A stretch of 64,000 nucleotides of DNA from an uncultured archaeon (GTDB taxonomy: Archaea; Thermoproteota; Bathyarchaeia; Bathyarchaeales; Bathycorpusculaceae): assembly GCA_963810275.1 (NCBI GenBank), contig CAWENF010000019.1:32001-96000 (forward strand), read 5' to 3'. The notes under the pieces are model-generated. The model made no database searches. It was not told the origin of the DNA and worked only from the letters and a program-made list of their open reading frames with translations. Shown piece after piece: positions 31,125-41,043 of the stretch (its first letter is position 1; the number at the start of each line of letters is the position of its first letter). The translations under genes were made by a program, and so were the position numbers.

Positions 31125-33812
31125 TTAGTGTTTTCTGCTAAGCATAAGCATTATCGCCGCACCGATAATAACGATGACAACGATTATTGCCGCTATGCTT
31201 GGCATGAAATACTGATCAGTCACTGTTTCTTGTGGGGCGTCTGTTGGGGCTGGGGTTGCTGCTGCTGGGTCGACTGCGAAAGCTGTGGAGGCGGTTGAGC
31301 CATAGTAGGCGTTTGAGCCTGCAAAGGTAGCGATAACTGTGTATTTGCCGGTGATGTCGGGTGTCCATTGGTAGCTGTATGTTCCGCTTGCATCGCTTGT
31401 TGTTGTTCCGATTGTGCGGCAGTTTCCGTTTGCGTCTATAACTGAGAGTTCAATTTGTACGCCTGTGGCGTCTGTTGGTTTTATTGCTTGCTGGTAGACG
31501 TATTCCATCCATGTCCGTTGACTTTCATCAGAGACACATGGAACACCGTTGGGGAACCGTTTTGATTGTTCTTGTTGTGTTGTGCCTGATGCGATGTCAG
31601 TGATTGTTCCGCGGATTACTACGCTTTGACCTTCTGTGAGTGCTGCAGCGGGTGCGTCAACCGTTAGTTGAGTTGGACCTTTGCCGAGTGTGTAGATTTG
31701 CATATCGTAGATGTTTAGGAATACAAGATAGCCGTCAGCGACAATGTCGTTTTGACCAACATACATACCCGAGCCCATTCCTGTGAGTTGCCAGATTTCT
31801 TCGCCTGTAGTAGCGTTCATGCATGCGTATAAGCCGCCTTTGTAGAGTGGCTGATCAGGTGAGTGCTCTGTTGTTCCAACGTAGACTTTGCCGTCCGCAA
31901 TGACGTCAATGAATACTGGGTAGTGACCATAGACCGTGTTTAAGCCGGAGTATGTGCTGTTGCCTTCTCCGCCTCTGCCGTAAGTCCATTCCAAGTCACC
32001 GGTTGTTGTGTCATAGCAGTAGACTATACCGTCGTAACCTGCAGCATATAGGTTGCCGTATGCAATGAGTGTGTCTCTTCTTAGTGTGTCCCATTCAACC
32101 ACTAAAGTTTCGGCAGTCCATATGTTGTTGCCGTTCGTTAGACTGTAGCCGTTGAATTCTAGGGTTTCTTTGTCTTCTGTGATGAACACATTGGTTTCGA
32201 AGTCAACTCCAACGATAACGCGTGTTACGTTGTTTGGAGCTGGTGAATAGTGCTTTGTCCAAAGAATGTTGCCTGCTGTGTTTCCAGTTGCATCTAAGCT
32301 AACGCAAATAATGTCTGCGCCGGATCCTTCTGTTCTTGGTCCTGTTCCCATGCTGCCTTTGACAAGAAGTAATTTGTTATCAACTTGGACATCTCGATAG
32401 ATAGACCAGCCTTGTCCTGTAACGGTTGGCAATGATACATTCCAGTCATACATTACCGGATCAGAGGCATCAAATGATGTTGTTGGGTACCAGTTGCCTG
32501 CTCCGATTTGGCCTGGTGAAAGTTGTTGGTATTTTGATGAGTTCCACTGCATAAGGTAGTAGCTGGGGTCTGTTGTTGTACCGAGGTTTGCAAGTTGATA
32601 AATTATGTATTCGCCTCTTGGACCTGCTGCTGATGCGCCGTTTGCTGAGTTAGCTGCTAGTGTTGCTGATGCTGCTGAACCTGAAGGAACGTTTGTTAAG
32701 TTCATTCCTGTAAGTTTGCCAGTTCGAGCATCATATGCTGCCCAACAGGGAATACCACCGACCAACCTTCCCATAAAACCGGGTGTCCCACCTACTGTGT
32801 AGGGAACAATTAAGAGGCCGTTTGGTAAAACACCGTGCTGGTTGCCGTCTTCATAACAGTATTGATAGCCAAATGTTGGTACACCTGTTTCTAGAATTTG
32901 TTCACGGTCTATACGCCAGAGTTCTTCGCCTGTAGTTAGATCTACTGCGATGTAGTCTCCGCCGCTGCCTGAGTTACCGTAGGGTTCTTGGTAGTAGAGT
33001 CTTCCGTTCATGACTATTGCATTTGCGAATCTTGGGTTGTATGAGCTGCCTGTGTAGTAGCCTTCACCTAGGTTTGTGGTTGAAGTTCCGCCGACAACAC
33101 CGCCGTCTTGGATAGCTTTAGTCCACATGACGTGTGGAGTTTCAGGTCCAGCGCCGTCGGGTTGGTATCTGCCGTAACCTGCACCACCGGTAGCGGTAGC
33201 GCCACTGCGGATGTAGGGTGCGTTTAGCCAGTTAGAGGATATTTGGTACCATGCTGTGTTTGCGCCGTTTATTGGTCTTGTCCAGTATTCTGTTGGAAGA
33301 GGAGCACTGCTTAATGGGGCAGGAACTTGCTCATCTGTTACTTCGAGTACTGTCACTGCCTGCGCTGCTTTATGTACGTCGCTGTTAAAAGCGCCGCTCC
33401 AAGTATATGTTTGCTCTGGATAATCGAATGTCATTGTGTAGTTGCCTGTCATTTCGGGTGTGAAAGCGTATGCTTGGACGCCTGTTGTGTCTTCTACAAC
33501 GTCCCAGGTTTCGGTTTTGTTTGTACCGTCGGGTTGAGTGATAGTTAAGCGGTAGTCATGTCTTCGAATGTCATTATTTACCCCTGCACCCGATAAGGGC
33601 AGGTCAACCCACATGTAAATGTACACTGGTTGACCAACACCTGCTGGTGTTGGAGCTACAGAAATGTAAGCGAATGATTCAATAGTCCACGATGGTGTGT
33701 GAGCGTCTGCTGTTGAAAGAGAAGCCATTGGTAAAACCATTGATATTGCTATAAATAGTGTTACAATAGCCACAGTCCTTTTAGAAAAAATATTTTTTTG
33801 TTGCATTTCCAT
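31125..33812 (-). CDS. Large secreted PQQ-binding-like beta-propeller protein with C-terminal membrane anchor
   Basis: Signal peptide, repeated (D/N)xxTGxxxW blades, GPETPHVMWT, RFPNGVPCVSD, and a C-terminal TM with a basic tail. Confidence 0.92.
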   Translation of the reverse strand: MEMQQKNIFSKRTVAIVTLFIAISMVLPMASLSTADAHTPSWTIESFAYISVAPTPAGVGQPVYIYMWVDLPLSGAGVNNDIRRHDYRLTITQPDGTNKTETWDVVEDTTGVQAYAFTPEMTGNYTMTFDYPEQTYTWSGAFNSDVHKAAQAVTVLEVTDEQVPAPLSSAPLPTEYWTRPINGANTAWYQISSNWLNAPYIRSGATATGGAGYGRYQPDGAGPETPHVMWTKAIQDGGVVGGTSTTNLGEGYYTGSSYNPRFANAIVMNGRLYYQEPYGNSGSGGDYIAVDLTTGEELWRIDREQILETGVPTFGYQYCYEDGNQHGVLPNGLLIVPYTVGGTPGFMGRLVGGIPCWAAYDARTGKLTGMNLTNVPSGSAASATLAANSANGASAAGPRGEYIIYQLANLGTTTDPSYYLMQWNSSKYQQLSPGQIGAGNWYPTTSFDASDPVMYDWNVSLPTVTGQGWSIYRDVQVDNKLLLVKGSMGTGPRTEGSGADIICVSLDATGNTAGNILWTKHYSPAPNNVTRVIVGVDFETNVFITEDKETLEFNGYSLTNGNNIWTAETLVVEWDTLRRDTLIAYGNLYAAGYDGIVYCYDTTTGDLEWTYGRGGEGNSTYSGLNTVYGHYPVFIDVIADGKVYVGTTEHSPDQPLYKGGLYACMNATTGEEIWQLTGMGSGMYVGQNDIVADGYLVFLNIYDMQIYTLGKGPTQLTVDAPAAALTEGQSVVIRGTITDIASGTTQQEQSKRFPNGVPCVSDESQRTWMEYVYQQAIKPTDATGVQIELSVIDANGNCRTIGTTTSDASGTYSYQWTPDITGKYTVIATFAGSNAYYGSTASTAFAVDPAAATPAPTDAPQETVTDQYFMPSIAAIIVVIVIIGAAIMLMLSRKH

Positions 33813-33852
33813 TGTTTCCTTTTTTGTAAGTTACTAAGTTCCTTGTAAAACG

Positions 33853-33880
33853 CTAATAAGTCTCACTCACTTATCGTGAG
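33853..33880 (-). promoter_or_regulatory. Promoter/operator of the beta-propeller gene (copy 2)
   Basis: CTAATAAG-N5-CTCACTTATCGTGAG on the + strand, about 40 bp before the start codon. Confidence 0.65.
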
Positions 33881-33942
33881 CATAAAATATAGCTAATCGA
33901 GAACCATTAAACCATAAAACGGGCAAAAAACGGTGAGTACAA

Positions 33943-34626
33943 ACGGATCCATATTCCTATCAAACACTGCGAATTATCTATGAAGTTATTTCATTCATAG
34001 TATGTCTCGTTCTTGTAAGATTCATGATTAAACCCTACCAAGTCACGAAAGAAAGCAGGTACGTGGGATTACCTCTAGGATTCGGATTTCTTGGAGCAAC
34101 CTACCTTTTATCCGCAGTCATATACGCCCAGCCACAGATTTTTGGAAATTCAACAATCTACTTTCAGCTCTTCGTAAGAAACTTTGCGTTCATCTTCCTA
34201 TGTGCAACATATTATTTCTCAAGAAAAAGCCCAGAAAGTACCAGATCACTATGGAACATAACGTTTGGAGGGCTTTTTATAGCTATAATAGCGCTATTTG
34301 TAATACTTAACATACCCGAAATCAGTCTACCAGCCTATCGACTTACGAGTATCTACAGCAGATGTTTTAACTTAATTTGCATCGTTTATATCTGTGCCCA
34401 CACTATTAGGAGTCACTTAGAATCTTCCAATTTAGACACCCTCTGGACGCCTTTCGGATATATTTTTCTTGGAATAAGCCAATACTTGGTAATTATTTTT
34501 GCTTTAGATGGCAGCTTAGCATCGTTCTTCAGTGGCTTAGCATTCCGCTGGGTTGGATTCGCCCTGTTTCTTTACGTGTCCTTCAAATCATTTTACAGCC
34601 TTAAAAAAAAGGAGCGTAACAAATGA
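33943..34626 (+). CDS. Multi-pass (about 7 TM) membrane protein; start uncertain (first ATG at 34024)
   Basis: The frame is open from an ACG at 33943 after GGTGAG and adds a further hydrophobic helix. The stop overlaps the wHTH gene. Confidence 0.8.
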   Translation, partial: TDPYSYQTLRIIYEVISFIVCLVLVRFMIKPYQVTKESRYVGLPLGFGFLGATYLLSAVIYAQPQIFGNSTIYFQLFVRNFAFIFLCATYYFSRKSPESTRSLWNITFGGLFIAIIALFVILNIPEISLPAYRLTSIYSRCFNLICIVYICAHTIRSHLESSNLDTLWTPFGYIFLGISQYLVIIFALDGSLASFFSGLAFRWVGFALFLYVSFKSFYSLKKKERNK

Positions 34627-34904
34627 AAAAAGTCGCACGTAGAGACAAAATGAAGATCTACGGCGATTTACTGGCAGCTCTAGATGAAGAGGCAAAAAGC
34701 GAAAAAATTGTTCTAACAAAAGTTCAGGTTCGAATCAAAGTACCGTTTGACAGATTAAAGAACTACATTTCTGAGCTTATCATTCTCGAGTTAATAGAAG
34801 ACGAGTTCTCGCTGAAGCTCACAGAGAAAGGAAAACAGTACCTAAAAGAGTATGAAAAAGTTCTCGACTTCATGAAGCGAATGGGAATAGCCTATACCCA
34901 ATAA
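34623..34904 (+). CDS. Small winged-helix transcription regulator (ArnR1-like)
   Basis: RRDKMKIYGDLL, FDRLKNYI..L and LTEKGKQYL motifs. Confidence 0.88.
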   Translation: MKKVARRDKMKIYGDLLAALDEEAKSEKIVLTKVQVRIKVPFDRLKNYISELIILELIEDEFSLKLTEKGKQYLKEYEKVLDFMKRMGIAYTQ

Positions 34905-34961
34905 GTAAGGCTTCAAAGAATTGAAGAAAAATCCCTTAAAGGAAAAGAAAAGTATACTAGT

Positions 34962-35354
34962 TTATTTTGTGCGGATGATTTTGACTCTGCCAAGAACTTT
35001 CCAGTACTCTATTTCAGCACCGGCAACTAGTTTGTCTTTAAGGTCTTCTTCATCTGGGAACGGAGCATCAATGTACTCGTATGTTTCGAGGTCCATGATT
35101 TGGATGCCATTTGGGTTAACTGAGAACACTTGACCAGCGCGTTTGTCGATAATTGGGACTTCTGCACCGCCATCTACTGATTTTACGAATTGTCTTTTCT
35201 GATTATCAAAAACGCCTATTGCAACGATTCGTGCTTTAGCTGCGCCGTGTTTTCCTGGCTTAGATTTAGCTATGTCTACGATGCGGCAGGGCTCTCCATC
35301 AATCATCATGTAGCCGCCAACACGTAATTCTCCGACATCGACTGGTTTGCTCAT
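34962..35354 (-). CDS. eif5a: Translation factor aIF-5A
   Basis: SKPGKHGAAK hypusine motif. Confidence 0.98.
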   Translation of the reverse strand: MSKPVDVGELRVGGYMMIDGEPCRIVDIAKSKPGKHGAAKARIVAIGVFDNQKRQFVKSVDGGAEVPIIDKRAGQVFSVNPNGIQIMDLETYEYIDAPFPDEEDLKDKLVAGAEIEYWKVLGRVKIIRTK

Positions 35355-35622
35355 ATTTCATCACTTTTATTCTAACAAATGCATTCTCTACAACACCCAT
35401 ATATAGATTAAGGTGCCGTAGAGCTTATTGAAGTAGCATTTAACGCTTAAATTAAACGAGAAACGATAAAAACGTTCTGTTTTTCGGCGAACCTAAAAGC
35501 AAACACAAAACCTCAAGTCCCCTTGAGGCAATTAGCTCTGTGGGTAAGCATCTAACAAAGCTCTCTGCTAACTGCGAACGTTAATATAGACTAAAAATTA
35601 CCGATATAACTGAGCGTTCAAA

Positions 35623-36462
35623 ATGTTCAAAACCGTAGGTTTAGTCGCCCGATACGACCAGAAACCCGCGTTGGAACTAGCGGGCATGCTCGCAGATTAC
35701 CTTGCCAAGAAAGGTCTCGAAGTTTACATAGAAAACACACTTTATGATTTTCTCTCAGTTAAAGCACATTTTGTTCCGCTCACAGAAATGAAAACCGACT
35801 TCATAATCACCATCGGCGGCGACGGCACAATACTACGCACAGCCATAACAATCCCCAAACCCAACACACCTCTTTTAACCGTAAACAGGGGCATAAGGGG
35901 ATTTCTCACCGAAGTTGAACCCGAGTGCGCCTGTGAAGCCGTAGACCTGGTTCTCAGAGGTGAATTCAAAATCGAGAAGTCAGCCAAAATGTCAGTTACC
36001 GCAGGAAAAGAAACGCTTCCCGACGCCTTAAACGATGTAGTAATATCAACGGGTGAACCAGCTAAAATTTTGTATGCAGAAATCTGCAAGGACGACAAAC
36101 CTATCCTCAAATGCCAGGCTGACGGCTTAATCGTAGCTACCCAAACTGGCGCGACAGGGTACTCGCTGTCAGCAGGCGGACCCGTCTTAGACCCTAAGGT
36201 AGACGCTTTTGTTTTAACCCCCATATGCTCTTTAACTGTGTTTCACTCGCTGGTTTTCCCCACCGACTCAACAATAACATTTAACGTGTTGCGACCTCCG
36301 AAGATGCTGGTTTTAATCGACGGCAACTTTCGCAAGCTGATAAGCACCGACAAACTCGTAGTTACCGTAACCAGGTCAAAAAACGTAACTTCGTTTATCC
36401 GCTTCGAACCCAACTTTTATGATCGTCTGCGCAATAGGCTGCTTTTCAAGGGAACCGAATGA
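35623..36462 (+). CDS. nadK: NAD kinase
   Basis: GGDGT, ALND and DGLIVATQTGATGYSLSAGGP motifs. Confidence 0.96.
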   Translation: MFKTVGLVARYDQKPALELAGMLADYLAKKGLEVYIENTLYDFLSVKAHFVPLTEMKTDFIITIGGDGTILRTAITIPKPNTPLLTVNRGIRGFLTEVEPECACEAVDLVLRGEFKIEKSAKMSVTAGKETLPDALNDVVISTGEPAKILYAEICKDDKPILKCQADGLIVATQTGATGYSLSAGGPVLDPKVDAFVLTPICSLTVFHSLVFPTDSTITFNVLRPPKMLVLIDGNFRKLISTDKLVVTVTRSKNVTSFIRFEPNFYDRLRNRLLFKGTE

Positions 36463-36992
36463 GCACACCAAAGAAACCCCATCGTATTGTGGTTTTGGAT
36501 ACGTCGGCGTTTCTGGCAGGCTATGACCCCTTCTCCGCCACAGACAAGCAGATTACTGTGCCCAAAGTTGAGGAGGAGATTTTGCGTAACTCTATGGTTA
36601 AGATGCGGTTTGAAGCCGCACTGGAAAGCGGCAAAGTCAAGGTTGCTGCGCCCTCGGCTGAGGCATCGTCGGCGGCTAAGGCGGAAGCGGGCAGCTCAGG
36701 GGATTTTCACAAGCTTTCCGAAGCTGACATGCAGTTGCTTTCGCTTGCGTTGCAGCTGAAAATGGAGGGACAGAGTCCCCAGATTGTAACTGATGATTAT
36801 TGCATCCAAAATGTCGCCAAACAGCTCCTAGTAGAGTTTAGGGCTTTAGCTACTTTTGGCATTAAGCGCCAACTGGAGTGGGTACGTTACTGTCCAGCAT
36901 GCTACAAAAAATACCCTTCTCAGAGCAAATTAAAAGAGTGTCAAGTTTGTGGTACAGAGTTGAAGAGAAAACCCAAACGACCACCTTCCTAG
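36459..36992 (+). CDS. nob1: Nob1 rRNA-maturation endonuclease (PIN plus Zn ribbon)
   Basis: VLDTSAF, LSEAD, TDDYCIQNVA and CPAC...CQVCG motifs. Confidence 0.93.
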   Translation: MSTPKKPHRIVVLDTSAFLAGYDPFSATDKQITVPKVEEEILRNSMVKMRFEAALESGKVKVAAPSAEASSAAKAEAGSSGDFHKLSEADMQLLSLALQLKMEGQSPQIVTDDYCIQNVAKQLLVEFRALATFGIKRQLEWVRYCPACYKKYPSQSKLKECQVCGTELKRKPKRPPS

Positions 36993-38797
36993 AAAAGAAG
37001 AAGGAGCATAATCAGAAGCAACCCTTCCCCGCCGAAGATGGGGGCTGCTATTTTTTTGGCTTTATCTATTGCTTTATCAACGAGGTTTGAAATTGCGTCC
37101 AAACGTTCCTCGCCTATCACGCGCACTTTTGGGACGACGAATTGGATGCATCCTGCTTTGGAGTAGTCGAGCTTTTGGAGTGCTTTTTGAACGGCTTCTT
37201 TTATGCAGCCTATTAAAGCGGTGTGGTCAATGGCTTCTCCGACGGGGTGATACCCCTGTTTGCCCGTTACTATGCCGCTGACTTCATGTGTGTCAGTGGT
37301 GAAAACTTCGGCCATCGAGAAACCCACCGCCGCCAATTCGTTGAGGATTTTTTCTCTTAAGTAAGGAACCATGTTATTTCCGTCAATAACAATGTAAGCA
37401 GTCTTTTGACCTGCTACTTCAACTGTAATGGCGGTTACGCCGCCTGTACCCATGCCCTGCTTCGTCGTGAAGTTGGGGAAAACCGAGGCAGAACCAACCT
37501 TGAAGTTTTTCTTGGGCTGTGCAGCGGCGGCTTTTAGGCATTTTTTGGCGGCTTGCTCTAACTCGGCGATGTGTAGTCTTGTGTCATCCACGTCTGTTAG
37601 ACAGTTATGGGCGTTCACGACGATTATGTGACTTAGACCGAGGTTTTTGGCTTCCTCTTCAACAATTCGCCCCAGTTCCTGCGGCAGGTCTTCGGTGGTG
37701 TTGGGAGCAAGCGAGAAAGAAAGCAGAGCGGTGTCTCCAAATATTTGGCAGGAGGCGATGGCCGCTCCGTCGGTTTCTCTATTGAAAGCGGAGGCTTTGT
37801 TGTGGGCTGCGTGGAATTTGGCTTTGGAGAGGACTTCGGTTATGATTCGGCGATTTTGATCCTGAGATGCCAAGTCCAGTTCATGACCCAAGATGCCCAG
37901 CGGCGTGCAAGCTGAGCAGTCATACTCGGATTCAAAGTCATGTTTAAGCATGGAGGGAAGCAGGCTGCTGCCGATATTGCTAAACGGTCCCGGATGCACC
38001 AGCGGCATGACGATTGCGGCTTGGGGTTTGGTTGAGTCAAATTTCAGAAGGTTGACTGTTATATCTGCGTCTTCACCCATAGCCTCCAAGTGCGTTTCAA
38101 GAGGCTGGTTTTGATTTATTACCCAGTTGAGTAGAAAAGCTCTAAAAAGGGACATAGACGGCAGTTTGTAAGTTTTTCCTAGACGATCAATAAAGTTTAG
38201 TAACAGATAAACCGCGGTGTATCCGATTATGGGCGAGATTACTATGAAGGGTAGAAACTGTAGCATGTTGGCAGTTAAAGTTATCCAGAAAAAGAATAGG
38301 AAAACGCCTATGCATAGAGCAGGCTGAAGCAGGATTGATAGAATTTGGCGTGGCTTCGAAGATGTCGAAGTGGAAGATACCACTATGCTGCGAAGCGTTA
38401 TAACTGCAGCAAAACCCAGAAGAACAAGTTTAACCCAGAGCATCCATCCCAAAAACAAACCCAGCAATGCTCCGACTGCGGATAGGGCGATCCAGATTAG
38501 CCAGCCTACAAGCGAAATAGCTGCGGTTCTGCGCGTATTGAATATGGGGTCTCCTTTTAGGATTGCTTTTGTTACCAGCAAATCCGTCAGCGCCGTAACA
38601 GCAAAAACTGCAATACCTAAGGCTAAGCTTAGGATGTTTTGTGTTACGGCATAAGCGGTTATAGTTACGCCTATGAGGCATGTGGCCGCTACTAAGGTCA
38701 ACGAGCGCCCGTAGGAGGGCAGGGAGAATAGTGAAGAGTAGTGCTTTTTGGCATTGTCCATAGAGTTGCTCAAAGAACTTTGAATTTCGGGTTGCAT
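36989..38797 (-). CDS. DUF2070 family membrane protein
   Basis: N-terminal TMs; HPGPFSNIGSS, NAHN, DGNN and TTDTH motifs. Confidence 0.9.
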   Translation of the reverse strand: MQPEIQSSLSNSMDNAKKHYSSLFSLPSYGRSLTLVAATCLIGVTITAYAVTQNILSLALGIAVFAVTALTDLLVTKAILKGDPIFNTRRTAAISLVGWLIWIALSAVGALLGLFLGWMLWVKLVLLGFAAVITLRSIVVSSTSTSSKPRQILSILLQPALCIGVFLFFFWITLTANMLQFLPFIVISPIIGYTAVYLLLNFIDRLGKTYKLPSMSLFRAFLLNWVINQNQPLETHLEAMGEDADITVNLLKFDSTKPQAAIVMPLVHPGPFSNIGSSLLPSMLKHDFESEYDCSACTPLGILGHELDLASQDQNRRIITEVLSKAKFHAAHNKASAFNRETDGAAIASCQIFGDTALLSFSLAPNTTEDLPQELGRIVEEEAKNLGLSHIIVVNAHNCLTDVDDTRLHIAELEQAAKKCLKAAAAQPKKNFKVGSASVFPNFTTKQGMGTGGVTAITVEVAGQKTAYIVIDGNNMVPYLREKILNELAAVGFSMAEVFTTDTHEVSGIVTGKQGYHPVGEAIDHTALIGCIKEAVQKALQKLDYSKAGCIQFVVPKVRVIGEERLDAISNLVDKAIDKAKKIAAPIFGGEGLLLIMLLLLF

Positions 38798-39049
38798 TGC
38801 ACTCGTCTTTCACTATGAAGTCAGGGTGAACTATTAAAATTTAGCTGGGTTTGCGCTACTAGTTTTTGACATTTATAACAGGATTTTCTATAACACAAAC
38901 AGCGCAACTTCATGTTTCAACAGATATGCCGCAAACCTTTCCGCAGTAAAGACGTTTTTGCTGTTTCTGCATCAGAAATCAACATGCTCAAGCGGAGATA
39001 ACGTTTTAACACTTAACCGACATCATTATTGATCCCTGAAGTATAATCT

Positions 39050-39343
39050 ATGCCCGAGCAACAATTGCCCCCATCAATATTCCAAATGCTGGAACGCAAC
39101 GTGGGCAAAAGAATCAGAGCCATAATAGACCCAGCATACGGATATGAAGGCACTTTAGTAGCGGTAACGCAGCAGCCAGCAGGTTTATGGCTCGAAGAGG
39201 TAGAGGCAATTGTTTTGCGGTCCACCATTGCGCAGCCTATTCCCCAAGTTGCCAGTCGAGAAGAAAGCGGGGACCTGCTTTTGAATTTAATAACAGTTCA
39301 AAGAATCGAAGTGCTGCCCGCTACACCAACAAGAAGTAGATAA
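39050..39343 (+). CDS. Divergent Sm/Lsm-fold protein (tentative)
   Basis: L...VGKRI....YEGTL and LWLEEVE resemble Sm1; GDLLLNLITVQRI resembles Sm2. Confidence 0.55.
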   Translation: MPEQQLPPSIFQMLERNVGKRIRAIIDPAYGYEGTLVAVTQQPAGLWLEEVEAIVLRSTIAQPIPQVASREESGDLLLNLITVQRIEVLPATPTRSR

Positions 39344-39370
39344 ACCAAATAAACCCTAAGGGAAGAATGT

Positions 39371-39541
39371 TTAGAAAAAGATTTTTCCTAAAACTGAAAC
39401 AACAATCAGCGTGACTGATAGGGCAACGAGAAGTTCAGGGCGGACTTTTATGCCTTCGGTTTCTTCCTCAAAGAAGCGAAGCAAACCTGCGCTGGCTGCC
39501 GGCATTGGGCTACTATCTTTCTTTTTTCGTCTCATACCCAT
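39371..39541 (-). CDS. secG: Preprotein translocase subunit Sec61beta (not in the ORF track)
   Basis: Read from DNA: MGMRRKKKDSSPMPAASAGLLRFFEEETEGIKVRPELLVALSVTLIVVSVLGKIFF. Confidence 0.93.
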   Translation of the reverse strand: MGMRRKKKDSSPMPAASAGLLRFFEEETEGIKVRPELLVALSVTLIVVSVLGKIFF

Positions 39542-39746
39542 ACTATTTCATTCCTTATGGTTTCGCCTTTGCCTATGCCAACGTCAGCATATTAACCTTG
39601 TGTTGAGTATCGCTTTTTTACAAAGAATCCACAGTCAGACGGCTTGCTGGCTACGGAATCTGCGGCATTTATGTAATGACTTGGGGCAAAAAACTGCGTG
39701 TGACACGGAAACTCTTTAGTTTGGGAAACACAAATCTATGTGCGGA

Positions 39747-39869
39747 GCCGGGGTGGCGGAGTGGTTATCGCGCCAGCCTCGAGATCGTATTGAAGGGTGC
39801 CAGATTCAACTGGCGGGATAGCTGGTGGGCTTCGTGCTCGCAGGGGTTCGAGTCCCTTCCCCGGCGCCA
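39747..39869 (+). tRNA. tRNA-Ser (CGA) with a 36-nt intron (39784-39819) at 37/38; CCA encoded
   Basis: GCCGGGG/CCCCGGC acceptor stem, CCAGC/GCTGG anticodon stem, long variable arm, and a BHB motif (CTCG:CGGG helix with AGA and ATA bulges). Confidence 0.95.
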
Positions 39870-41043
39870 TCAACATACTTTTGGACAAATCCCTGGCGTG
39901 CACTGATTGTCTTCTTCTTTTAGAGAAGAAAAAGGGTCAATTTTTTCCAAGAATAGGTGTTTTTCTTCTTTCATCTACTAAATTATTCTCAAAAGGCAAA
40001 CACTTTCTTATAAAAGAAGAAATCCCTGCAGCAGCCTTTTTTCTTCTATTAGACATGCTAAGGTTCAAAAGAACAACAACAATTGTAAAAAATCGCTTGT
40101 GGTTGTTGTATCATAGTTACGAGAAACAATTTTGTCGTCGCGCTCTTAGGAGGACTATACTAAAGGCTATGAAAACCTGCGGGAATGTACCAGTACAAAA
40201 TGGGCGCCTTGGTTTGTTATTCCTACTATTAAAAGTGGGTTACACACGCTTTAATTGCAGATATAATTGCAAAGCGATTTTATCGCGTAAAATCAATTAT
40301 CATGAAGTAGATGAGCAGAAACAAAAGGTAATTGAAGTTGCTAAAAGAAAGTCCGAATCAGATAACCAAAGACAAAGAAGTATTACCAAAAAAGATTCAG
40401 GTGCAAAAAGTTGGGTTTTAATTCAAGTAATTATTCCTTGCTCTGCTACTTTTTGATGCCCTGTCAATGGCAAAGCAAGTGCACGTTGATATCACTTTGA
40501 AGGCGGTTAGCACCATTCTGGTTGCCGTGCCCTCGAGAGTTGAGGCTGTTTTTAATCCTGTTGTTTTCATACTTGTTTTGAGACTTGGTTTCATTTTGGG
40601 TTCTACTCCATGTGTTCCATACATAGACTAATATTTAGTATAATATAAAGCTGGTTAAGATTTGTTCATAACTTTTGTGAATAACATTGCATTTGACGAT
40701 TAAACATCAAACATTTTGGACATGACCTTCTTGTGTGGCTGCCGTAAAACAAAAATCGTTTTTCGGAAATATAAGGGTTAAAATCAGTTAATAAAACAAC
40801 ATGGCAAACTTGCAAGAAAAAACTAAACCTCACCACCAGCTACTCTGCAAACGGGTTACAGCATATCTTCTCCTTAAAAGCAGTCCGCAAACAGATGTTA
40901 CCTTTGAGGGTTAAACTTTGAGAACAATCCAGTTTGTGATAGGCATTGATTTAGTCAAAACGAAGCAATTTCTAAAAACAACCTCTTCAATACATGTTGC
41001 TTAATAGAAGTAAGATAGCTATTGGCTTTAGGAGAACTTTGCT

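Noticed and set aside
37022-37031. CCCTTCCCCG match to the tRNA-Ser 3' end as an att site
   Set aside because: It is only 10 bp, lies inside an intact DUF2070 gene, and no integrase is nearby.
39676-40456. ORFs 39676..39906 and 39797..40456
   Set aside because: They overlap tRNA-Ser and lack recognisable protein features, so they are likely spurious.
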